NCBI GenBank assembly: GCA_963833985.1
Contig: CAWIAD010000002.1
Coordinates: 512,001-576,000, forward strand
Source: an uncultured Planctomycetaceae bacterium
Lineage (GTDB): Bacteria; Planctomycetota; Planctomycetia; Isosphaerales; Isosphaeraceae
Reading direction: 5' to 3'
DNA length: 64,000 nucleotides
Numbering within the stretch: position 1 is the first letter of the stretch; every line of letters starts with the position of its first letter. This document shows, piece after piece, positions 34,637 through 43,299 of this stretch. The position numbers were made by a program, and so were the translations under genes. The notes under the pieces are model-generated. The model saw nothing but the letters and a program-made list of their open reading frames with translations. It was not told the DNA's origin and did no database searches.

Positions 34637-37189
34637 ATGAGAGCCGTGCCGAACCTGTGCGTCATGATGGCCGTCCTCGGGCTCAGCCTCGGCCCAAGGG
34701 TCATGGCGGATGAGCGGTTGACGTTCGAGCGCGACGTCCGACCGATTCTCAAGGAGTTCTGCCTCGACTGCCACGGTGGCGGCGATGCCCCAAAGGGTCA
34801 GCTCGACCTGAGACTGAAACGCCTTGCCGAGCGCGGCGGGGACAGCGGTCCGGCGATCGTGGCGGGCAAGCCGGAAGAAAGCTATCTGCTGGACCGGCTG
34901 CGGGATGCCGAGATGCCCCCGGGCGAGAAGAAGGTCTCGCGCGAGAAGATCGCCGTGATCGAGCGCTGGATCGCTCAGGGCGCCGCCACAGTCCGACCCG
35001 AGCCGCAGCAGTTGCCGCCCGGTATCGACATCTCGCCGGAAGAGCGCTCGCACTGGGCCTACCAACCGATCCGCAGGCCGGTGCCGCCGTCCTTTCGTGG
35101 CGAGGACCGGGTGCGCACGCCGATCGATGCGCTTGTGTCCCGGCGATTGCGTGAGCACGGATTCTCCCTCGCTCCAGACGCCGATCGGCGGACCCTCATC
35201 CGCCGCGCCTCGTACGACCTCACGGGTCTGCCGCCGACCCAACGCGCGCTCGAGACTTTCCTTGCCGATACAAGGAGCGACGCGTACGAGCGGCTCATCG
35301 ACCTGCTCCTCGACTCGCCACGCTATGGCGAGCGGTGGGCGCGGCACTGGCTGGATACGGCCGGCTATGCGGACTCCGATGGTAACGGCAACGAGGATAC
35401 CGACCGTCCTTATGCCTACAAGTACCGCGACTACGTCATCCGGGCGTTCAACGCCGACAAACCGCTCGACCAGTTCCTCATCGAGCAGCTTGCCGGCGAC
35501 GAGCTGGTGCCCCGGCCCTGGAACAACCTCACGCCCCGCCAGGCGGAGACGCTGGCCGCCACGGGCTTCCTGCGGATGGCGGCCGACGGCACCTCGTCGA
35601 GCGCAGGCGACATGGCCCTGGCGTCCAACCAGGTCGTGGCCGACACGCTGAAGATCGTGGGCTCGACGCTGCTGGGCCTCACCGTCGGCTGCGCCCAGTG
35701 CCACGATCATCGCTATGATCCGATCCCCCAGTCCGACTATTACCGGCTTCGCGCCGTGTTCGAGCCGGCACTCGATCCCCAGCACTGGCGGAGACCGGGG
35801 CAGCGCCTCGTCTCCCTCTACCACGATGCCGATCGCGCCCGCGCCGCGGCCATCGGGGCGGAAGTCGGCAAGCTCCAGGCCGAGGTCGACAAGAAAACGG
35901 CGAAGTTCGTTGCGGTCGCGCTCGAGAAAGAGCTGGGAAAGTTCCCCGAGCCCCTGCGTACCAGGCTGCGGCTGGCACGTCAGACCGCGGCAGAGAAGCG
36001 CACGGCCGAGCAGAAGGCGCTGCTGGCTTCCCATCCCAGTGTGAACCTCACGGCCGGCGTGCTCTACCAGTACAACCAGGCCGCGGCCGATGAGCTCAAG
36101 AAAGACCAGGCTCGCGTCAATGCCAAGCGTGCGGAGATGCCCGTCGAGGACTTCGTGGGCGTGGCCGACGAGCAGCCCGGTCTGCGGCCAGAGACCCACC
36201 TGTTTCATCGTGGCGATCATCGCCAGCCCAGGCAGGTTGTTGTACCGGGTGATCTGACCATCGCCGCGGCTGACGGCACACGCTTGGAGATCCGCGACGC
36301 CCCCGGCAACGCACCAAGCTCGGGCAGGCGACTAGCCTACGCTCAGCATCTGGTCAGCGGCCGGCATCCCCTGCTTGGCCGCGCGCTGGTCAATCGCGTC
36401 TGGCTGCATCACTTCGGCCGCGGCCTGGTGGCAACCCCGGGCGACTTCGGCACGCTCGGTTCGCGGCCGACGCACCCCGAGCTGCTGGACTGGCTGGCCG
36501 ACGAGCTCGCGGCCTCCGGCTGGAGCCTGAAGCGGCTGCACCGGCTGATCATGTGCTCGACGGTGTACCGGCAGTCGTCGCGCCGCAATCCGGCGTTCGA
36601 CGCCCTGGATTCCGAGAATGCCCTCCTGGGTCGCTATCCCGTGCGCAGGCTCGACGCGGAATCGCTCCGCGACAGCATCCTGCTCCTGAGTGGACGGCTC
36701 GACCCGACGCTGTACGGCCCGGCGGTGGCGGTGGCCGAGGACTCCGTCGGCCTCGTCAACCCCGCCAACGACTCGCCCAGGCGGAGCATTTATCTTCAGG
36801 TCAAACGCACGCGGCCGGTGTCGCTGCTCGCGGCGTTCAACGCGCCGGTCATGACGGTGAACTGCGAGCGCCGGGTTCCCAGCACGACTGCATTGCAATC
36901 GCTTATGCTCATGAATAGCGATTTTGTACTCAAGGCCGCCAGCGCGATGGCCGCGGGGCTCCAATCGGGAGTCGCGAAATCTGACCTCGCCCGGCAGATC
37001 GAGCAGGCGTGGCAGCGCGTGTACCAGCGTCCGATCACGACCGAGGAGCTGGACTGGGCGCAGGGCTTCGCGGCCGAACAGCGTGCCGCGCTCGATCGCA
37101 CCGGAGCCGCCGGCGACCGGAGCCTGTCCGCGCTTGCCAGCCTGGTCCAGCAACTTCTTGACTCCAACGAGTTTCTCTATGTGGATTGA
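34637..37189 (+). CDS. Planctomycete cytochrome c domain protein with DUF1549/DUF1553 (PSCyt1/PSCyt2/PSD1)
   Basis: CLDCH and CAQCHDH haem motifs, YGERWARHWLD, PTHPELLDWLA. Confidence 0.9.
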   Translation: MRAVPNLCVMMAVLGLSLGPRVMADERLTFERDVRPILKEFCLDCHGGGDAPKGQLDLRLKRLAERGGDSGPAIVAGKPEESYLLDRLRDAEMPPGEKKVSREKIAVIERWIAQGAATVRPEPQQLPPGIDISPEERSHWAYQPIRRPVPPSFRGEDRVRTPIDALVSRRLREHGFSLAPDADRRTLIRRASYDLTGLPPTQRALETFLADTRSDAYERLIDLLLDSPRYGERWARHWLDTAGYADSDGNGNEDTDRPYAYKYRDYVIRAFNADKPLDQFLIEQLAGDELVPRPWNNLTPRQAETLAATGFLRMAADGTSSSAGDMALASNQVVADTLKIVGSTLLGLTVGCAQCHDHRYDPIPQSDYYRLRAVFEPALDPQHWRRPGQRLVSLYHDADRARAAAIGAEVGKLQAEVDKKTAKFVAVALEKELGKFPEPLRTRLRLARQTAAEKRTAEQKALLASHPSVNLTAGVLYQYNQAAADELKKDQARVNAKRAEMPVEDFVGVADEQPGLRPETHLFHRGDHRQPRQVVVPGDLTIAAADGTRLEIRDAPGNAPSSGRRLAYAQHLVSGRHPLLGRALVNRVWLHHFGRGLVATPGDFGTLGSRPTHPELLDWLADELAASGWSLKRLHRLIMCSTVYRQSSRRNPAFDALDSENALLGRYPVRRLDAESLRDSILLLSGRLDPTLYGPAVAVAEDSVGLVNPANDSPRRSIYLQVKRTRPVSLLAAFNAPVMTVNCERRVPSTTALQSLMLMNSDFVLKAASAMAAGLQSGVAKSDLARQIEQAWQRVYQRPITTEELDWAQGFAAEQRAALDRTGAAGDRSLSALASLVQQLLDSNEFLYVD

Positions 37190-38633
37190 TCCCCGCACAC
37201 AAAGCCGTCGCGCCTTCCTGGCCAGCACCTCGTTTGGCGTTGGTGCCGTCGCGCTCGCGGACCTGATGCGGCAGGAGGGGCTGCTGGCCGACACGGTCAA
37301 GAAGCCCGGCGAGAACCTGCCGCTGGACCTCCACCCGCGGGCGCCTCACTTCGCCCCCAGGGCGACGGCCCTGATCTCGCTGTTCATGCACGGGGGCCCG
37401 TCGCACGTCGACCTGTTCGATCCCAAGCCCCAGTTGAGCCGGTCCCACGGCACCGAGTACGGCGGCGATGTTGTCTTCAGTTTCGTCAACCGCGCCAGCA
37501 AGAAGCTCTTCGGCTCACCCTGGAAGTTCTCCAGGCACGGCCAGTGCGGCACGGAGGTCTCCGAGCTCCTGCCCGAGACGGCCCGCATCGTCGACGACCT
37601 GTGTGTGCTCCGCTCGATGCACACCGGGCACAACGGGCACGAGGTCTCCATTCGCTACTTCCACGGTGGCCTGCCGGCCATTGCCGGACGGCCCACGATG
37701 GGAAGCTGGATCGTCTACGGCCTGGGCAGCGAATCGAGGTCGCTGCCGTCATACATGGTCCTGGCCGATCCCGAGGGCCATCCCGTGGACGGCACGATTA
37801 ACTGGTCGAGCGGGTTCATGCCCACGCTCTACCAGGGGACGGTGCTCCGCGCCCAGGAGCCCAGGATCCTCAACCTCGACCCGCCTGGCCAGCTCGCTGG
37901 ATTGCCTCAGCGGCAGAACCTGGCGTTCCTCGACCGGCTCAATCGCCGCCACCTGGCACAGCACCCGGGCGAATCCGACCTGGAATCTCGGATCCACAGC
38001 TACGAGCTGGCCGCGGCCATGCAGACGGCGGCGAAGGAGGCGCTCGACATTTCGAGCGAGCCCGCGCACATCCGCCGGCTCTACGGCCTGGATGACGATG
38101 CGACCCGGGAATACGGCACGCGCTGTTTGATCGCCCGCAGGCTGGTGGAGCGCGGAGTACGCTTCGTACAGCTCTTTCTGGGTGGCCAGCCGTGGGATCA
38201 CCACACCGCCATTCGCCAGAGTTTGCCTGCCATCTGCCGGCGCACCGACCGGCCGGCAGCGGCGTTGGTGACGGATCTCAAGCAGCGCGGACTGCTGGAC
38301 ACGACGCTGGTGCACTGGGGCGGCGAGATCGGCCGGTTGCCGGTCAGCGAGGGAAGCCTCGACGCCAGCGCCGGGCGCGACCACAACGGCCAGGGCTTCT
38401 CAATCTGGATGGCCGGCGGCGGCATCCAGGGCGGCCAGACTTTTGGCGCCACCGACGAGGTCGGCCATCGCGCGGTCGAGAACGTCGTCACCCCCAACGA
38501 CTTTCAGGCCACGGTCCTGCACCTCTTCGGCCTGGACCACAACCGGTTGGTGTACCACGCCAGCGGCCGCGAGCAGCGCCTCACCGACGGCCGACCGGCC
38601 CGCGTCGTCAAGGAGATCCTGAGGAACGCGTGA
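37179..38633 (+). CDS. DUF1501 domain protein (Tat signal)
   Basis: SRRAFL, LFMHGGPSHVDLFDPKP, ARRLVERGVRFVQ, WGGEIGR, GRDHN. Confidence 0.9.
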   Translation: MWIDPRTQSRRAFLASTSFGVGAVALADLMRQEGLLADTVKKPGENLPLDLHPRAPHFAPRATALISLFMHGGPSHVDLFDPKPQLSRSHGTEYGGDVVFSFVNRASKKLFGSPWKFSRHGQCGTEVSELLPETARIVDDLCVLRSMHTGHNGHEVSIRYFHGGLPAIAGRPTMGSWIVYGLGSESRSLPSYMVLADPEGHPVDGTINWSSGFMPTLYQGTVLRAQEPRILNLDPPGQLAGLPQRQNLAFLDRLNRRHLAQHPGESDLESRIHSYELAAAMQTAAKEALDISSEPAHIRRLYGLDDDATREYGTRCLIARRLVERGVRFVQLFLGGQPWDHHTAIRQSLPAICRRTDRPAAALVTDLKQRGLLDTTLVHWGGEIGRLPVSEGSLDASAGRDHNGQGFSIWMAGGGIQGGQTFGATDEVGHRAVENVVTPNDFQATVLHLFGLDHNRLVYHASGREQRLTDGRPARVVKEILRNA

Positions 38634-38649
38634 AACGTCCGGGTAGATT

Positions 38650-38945
38650 TCACGGCAGCAGATCCACCACCGCGATCGTGCCGGCAAACTGCCCGTCGAT
38701 CGTGACCGGCACGACCTGCCCGGGCGAAACATCGACACGGTTGCAATAGACGCCCGCGGCAGGGTCGGCGGCGGTGTGAACCTCGAGCTGACGGTCGCGC
38801 AGGTTCAAGACCCAATACACCGGGATCTCGGCGCGCGCGTACATTTCCAGCTTCTTGCCACGGTCGGTGGCCAGGCTCTTCTCCGCCACCTCGACCACCA
38901 GGCAACAATCCGCGGCCGTGGCATCGCGCGAGGCGTCATACTCGA
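38650..38945 (-). pseudogene. Uma2/DUF820 family endonuclease, C-terminal fragment only
   Basis: LVVEVAEKSLATDRGKKLEMYARAEIPVYWVLNL; the upstream half is replaced by the repeat array. Confidence 0.75.
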
Positions 38946-39336
38946 AGGATAAGGCGAAGGATAAGGAAGGATAAAAGGTGATAAGGGGCCACCCACGCTT
39001 CTGAGAGTGATAAGGGAGAGTGATAAGGAGTGATAAGGGGCCACCCACACTTCTGGCCTCCTACTCAAGAGTGATAAGGTGATAAGTGATAATAAGTGAT
39101 AAGGGGCCACCCACACTTCTGGCCTCCTACTTAAGTGATAAGGTGATAAGGAAGGTGATAAGAAGGTGATAAGGGGCCACCCACACTTCTGGCCTCCTAC
39201 TGGACAAACGGCTTCGACTTGGATACGTTTGTTCATTATGAGATGGGCCAGGTCGAAGTCGACCGCAGGAGGATAAGAGCAGGAGGATAACAAGGATAAG
39301 CAAGGATAAGCACAGGATAAGGGCCACCCACACTTC
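38945..39336 (-). repeat. Left end array: 5 copies of GAAG(T/C)GTGGGTGGCCC, each followed by 3-5 short (C)TTATC-initiated units
   Basis: On the plus strand GATAAGGG(G)CCACCCAC(A/G)CTTC starts at 38980, 39032, 39098, 39168 and 39316, interspersed with GATAA(G) units. Confidence 0.9.
39201..39229 (+). promoter_or_regulatory. Sigma70-type promoter copy within a diverged duplicate of the element end
   Basis: TGGACA-N17-TACGTT; hexamers identical to the copy at 39347 while the spacer differs. Confidence 0.5.
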
Positions 39337-39346
39337 CTTCAGGTAC

Positions 39347-39375
39347 TGGACAAACGGTGCCGGATTAGGTACGTT
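39347..39375 (+). promoter_or_regulatory. Sigma70-type promoter of the Y1 transposase
   Basis: TGGACA-N17-TACGTT, followed by the palindrome GGTCGAAGTCGACC, SD AGGAG and ATG 39448. Confidence 0.6.
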
Positions 39376-39447
39376 TGATCATCACTAGGCGGACCAGGTC
39401 GAAGTCGACCGGGTCACCGATCGTCAGTCGATCAGGAGCACACCAGC

Positions 39448-40815
39448 ATGGCACGGCGGAATCGTGCGGAAGTCGTCGTCGCGGATGAGATGGGGGTCTA
39501 CCACTGTGTGCAGCGGATCGTACGCAGGGCGTTTCTCTGCGGGGTCGATCCGCTCTCAGGCAAGTCCTACGATCATCGCAGGGCATGGATCCGGGACCGC
39601 CTCGAGTCGCTCGCGGGGCTCTTCGGCGTGGAGATCGCCGCCTTTGCGGTGATGTCCAACCATCTTCATGTGATGCTCCGCATCCGTCCTGATGTGGTCA
39701 TGCTCTGGCCCGATCACGAGGTCGCCAGGCGCTGGCTGGTCCTCTTCCCCGGCCGGGTGGAGACCACGCCGGATCCCTCCACAATCCCGACCGCCATGGC
39801 CTGGCCGGTCGAACAGCACGGTCCAAGCCAGGCACCCGGCACCACGGCCTTGCCCTCCAGCGGAGCATTCACCGACCCGCTGGAACAGGCGGTCGCCATC
39901 CTCACCGCGGATCCTTCGCTGATGGCAACGATCCGCGGCCGACTCTCCAGTCTCTCATGGTTCATGCGTGCCCTGGCCGAGCCGATCGCCCGCCGGGCCA
40001 ACCGCGAGGACCGCTGCACCGGCCGCTTCTGGGAGGGCCGGTTCAAGTCGCAACGGCTGCTGGACGAGGCGGCCTTGCTGGCGTGCAGCATCTACGTCGA
40101 TCTGAACCCGATTCGCGCCGGGCTGTCTGATCGACCGGAGACCAGCGAGTTGACTTCCGCCCACGAGCGGATCATGGCCCTGCTCCAGGATGTCCCAGCC
40201 CACTGTGCACCCAGCGCATCACGTCTTGACGTCAGTCCTGTGGCAGTGGCACGGCCGAACGAGGCTCTGTCGTCTGCGGCGGAACAGGATACGCAAGTGC
40301 TTGTGGGAGAACCCCCTGTGGCGTCACCGGCTGCGGAAACCGTCCGCCGGGCCCGACCGCGCGAACACGAACGCGAGCAGGCTCACATGACGCTCCGCGA
40401 TGGCTGGCTCAGCCCGATCGAGCTGGATGAGCGCACCGAGCCGCTGACCACAGCCATGGCAGAACCGCGAGCGGCCGCGGCCGAGACGCCGGGCGAGCCG
40501 ACGCGAGCGCGGCGGGCCAGCAATCGCGGGCTGCTGCCGATGACGCTGGAGAACTACCTCGATTTGCTGGACTGGACGGGTCGACAAATGCGAACCGGGA
40601 GCCTTGGCGTGATACCCGCGGGGCTGGCGTCGCTTCTCGATCGGCTGCAAATCTGCGCCGGGACATGGCTGGAGACAGTGACGCGGTTCGGCCGCCGGTT
40701 CCACCGCGCGGTGGGGCTGGCAGACCACCTGAAGGCGGAAGCTCAGCGGCTGGGCGTGACCTGGCTGCACGGCGTCCGCTGGAGCCAGCAAGCGTTCGCA
40801 CCACCCGGTTCGTGA
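39448..40815 (+). CDS. HUH/Y1 tyrosine transposase (IS200-related, RAYT-like long form)
   Basis: YHCVQRIVRRAFLCG, HUH motif MSNHLH, FWEGRFKSQ, catalytic Tyr in YVDLNPIRAG, C-terminal YLDLLDWTGR. Confidence 0.88.
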   Translation: MARRNRAEVVVADEMGVYHCVQRIVRRAFLCGVDPLSGKSYDHRRAWIRDRLESLAGLFGVEIAAFAVMSNHLHVMLRIRPDVVMLWPDHEVARRWLVLFPGRVETTPDPSTIPTAMAWPVEQHGPSQAPGTTALPSSGAFTDPLEQAVAILTADPSLMATIRGRLSSLSWFMRALAEPIARRANREDRCTGRFWEGRFKSQRLLDEAALLACSIYVDLNPIRAGLSDRPETSELTSAHERIMALLQDVPAHCAPSASRLDVSPVAVARPNEALSSAAEQDTQVLVGEPPVASPAAETVRRARPREHEREQAHMTLRDGWLSPIELDERTEPLTTAMAEPRAAAAETPGEPTRARRASNRGLLPMTLENYLDLLDWTGRQMRTGSLGVIPAGLASLLDRLQICAGTWLETVTRFGRRFHRAVGLADHLKAEAQRLGVTWLHGVRWSQQAFAPPGS

Positions 40816-41079
40816 GCCCGTGGGTCCCCGCCTCGTTTCGAGCGATCGCGGCAAGTCTGGTAGGCCAGGTCTGATCGAGGCCGTGTGACCATCGCGGTCC
40901 TCGATTCGCGAATTCGGCACCGATGGCCAGTGCTCCGTCGCGTGGAAGGATTGTCCACGCCCGCGCAGCGAGCCTCCGCACGTTTTTGCTCCTCCAAGTT
41001 CGGGTCTGGGATGTCGGGACGCGCCGGGAGTGACTCACCGCCGCGGCGCGAGCATCCTGCAGAATGTGGGTGGCCCTAA

Positions 41080-42589
41080 TTCTACTGTATCCTGGGGTTG
41101 ACGAACTGTAAGGTTTTTTCTGATATTCGCTTCCGTCAAGGATATTACAAGGAAGCGAGGGCGTCATGGATCGACGATACGAAGCACGGTTGGCTGACAT
41201 GCTGGCACAATCGCAGGTGTCGCCTGACTTGGTCGATGGTCTGCTGGAACGGTTGGACGTCTTCATCGAGCCGTTCGCTGCGACCCTGAGTGAACCTGAA
41301 CAACATCGACATGCAACCGAGTACGTTACCGGTCTGCTGTCGAAGCTTGAGCACAAGACCGGCGAGGGAATCGCTTATCTCCACGATCAAGAACGACAAG
41401 GAATCCAAAAGTTCATCGGGCACGTGCCATGGGATCATCAACCCCTGCTCACGATCCTGGCGCAGCAGGTCGGCGAGCAACTGGGCGAGAAGGATGGGGT
41501 GATTATCTTCGACCCTTCGGGCTTCCCCAAGAAAGGGACTATGTCGGTGGGCGTCGCGCGGCAGTGGTGCGGCCGGCTGGGGAAGGTTGAGAACTGTCAG
41601 GTTGGCGTCTACATGGCTTATGCGTCTAGAAAAGAGCATACGATTACCAATGTAAGGCTTTACTTGCCCAAGGAATGGGCCAAGGATCGCGACCGCCGGA
41701 ACAAGGCTGGCGTTCCCAAGTCCATCAAGTTCCAGACGCGCCATCAGTTGGCCCTGGCGATGCTGGATGAGCAAGGTGGGTTGCTGCCACACGCGTGGGT
41801 GGCGGGGGACGATGAAATGGGCCGTCCCGCGAGTTTTCGCCAGGCGTTGAGGGAGCGGGGGGAGCAGTATCTGTTGGCGGTTCCGTCGAACACGACGATC
41901 CGCGATCTGGAGGCACCGCCACCGGAATATGGGGGGCGGGGTCAACCCCCCAAGGCTCCTTTCATGCGTGTGGATCATTGGCGTGCGGCCCTGCCGGAAT
42001 CGGCGTGGACGAGGCTCGACGTCCGTGATGGCGAGAAGGGACCTTTGGTGGTCGACGCGATCAAGCGGCGCGTCCAATCTCGAGGACCGGGCAATCGTGC
42101 AGGTTTCGAGGAGGTCCTCTTCATCACGCGTGAGCAACAGGCCGATGGAACAGTTAAACATGATTATTATTTATCAAATAGTAAAGCCGAAACTCCGTTG
42201 ATCGAATTTGGCCGGGTGGCCAAACTGGCGCATCGGATCGAGGAGTGCCTGGAGCGGGGCAAAGGGGAGGCGGGCCTGGCCGATTACCAGGTGCGGAACT
42301 GGATCGCCTGGCATCACCATCAAACCTTGTCGCTCGTGGCCGCGTGGTTCCTGAATCAGGAGACGCGGCGGGGAAAAAATACAGACACCGGCATTGACGT
42401 CACCGCGGTTGCGGCAACTGATCGCAGGGATCATCGAGGAACGTCTCAACGTCAACAGCCCCGAGAAGCTCTCCCGGTGCACCACACGTTGGTTGGAACG
42501 CAACGAGCTCGCCCGATTCTTCCAGCATTACTCACGCAAACTCTTACCCCCTTTGAAGAACCAACTACGAACGTAGAGATACAGTAGAA
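41080..42589 (+). mobile_element. IS701-family insertion sequence (1510 bp)
   Basis: IRs TTCTACTGTATC / GATACAGTAGAA; 4-bp target duplication CTAA at 41076-41079 and 42590-42593. Confidence 0.9.
41166..42587 (+). CDS. IS701-family DDE transposase
   Basis: FDPSGFPKKGTMSVGVARQWCGRLGKVENCQVGV, IEECLERGKGEAGLADYQVRNW; an alternative C-terminus follows GGGAAAAAAT (42371-42380). Confidence 0.9.
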   Translation: MDRRYEARLADMLAQSQVSPDLVDGLLERLDVFIEPFAATLSEPEQHRHATEYVTGLLSKLEHKTGEGIAYLHDQERQGIQKFIGHVPWDHQPLLTILAQQVGEQLGEKDGVIIFDPSGFPKKGTMSVGVARQWCGRLGKVENCQVGVYMAYASRKEHTITNVRLYLPKEWAKDRDRRNKAGVPKSIKFQTRHQLALAMLDEQGGLLPHAWVAGDDEMGRPASFRQALRERGEQYLLAVPSNTTIRDLEAPPPEYGGRGQPPKAPFMRVDHWRAALPESAWTRLDVRDGEKGPLVVDAIKRRVQSRGPGNRAGFEEVLFITREQQADGTVKHDYYLSNSKAETPLIEFGRVAKLAHRIEECLERGKGEAGLADYQVRNWIAWHHHQTLSLVAAWFLNQETRRGKNTDTGIDVTAVAATDRRDHRGTSQRQQPREALPVHHTLVGTQRARPILPALLTQTLTPFEEPTTNVEIQ

Positions 42590-43299
42590 CTAATCAGACA
42601 CCCTAATCAGACACCCTGCAGAATGTGGGTGGCCCCAATCAGACACCGCGGCGCGAGCATCCCGCAGAATGTGGATGGCCCCAATCACGCACCAATCAGA
42701 CGCCAATCAGACGCAGAATGTGGATGGCCCTAATTAGACACCATCGCGGTCCTCGATTCGCGAATTCGGCACCGATGGCCAGTGCTCCGTCGCGTGGAAG
42801 GATTGTCCACGCCCGCGCAGCGAGCCTCCGCACGTTTTTGCTCCTCCAAGTTCGGGTCTGGGATGTCGGGACGCGCCGGGAGTGACTCACCGCCGCGGCG
42901 CGAGCATCCTGCAGAATGTGGGTGGCCCTAATCAGACACCCTCTAATCAGACACCCTGCAGAATGTGGGTGGCCCCAATCAGACACCGCGGCGCGAGCAT
43001 CCCGCAGAATGTGGATGGCCCCAATCACGCACCAATCAGACGCCAATCAGACGCAGAATGTGGATGGCCCTAATTAGACACCATCGCGGTCCTCGATTCG
43101 CGAATTCGGCACCGATGGCCAGTGCTCCGTCGCGTGGAAGGATTGTCCACGCCCGCGCAGCGAGCCTCCGCACGTTTTTGCTCCTCCAAGTTCGGGTCTG
43201 GGATGTCGGGACGCGCCGGGAGTGACTCACCGCCGCGGCGCGAGCATCCTGCAGAATGTGGGTGGCCCTAATCAGACACCCTGCAGAATGTGGGTGGCC

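Noticed and set aside
38945..39340. CRISPR array (repeated ~22-33 bp motif with intervening sequence)
   Set aside because: The intervening sequences are low-complexity GATAAG stutters of unequal length rather than unique spacers, and there are no cas genes in the window.
40816..41079. TnpB/IscB-type RNA-guided nuclease partner for the Y1 transposase
   Set aside because: No such ORF lies next to the transposase; the adjacent large ORF is an IS701 DDE transposase with its own IRs and target duplication.
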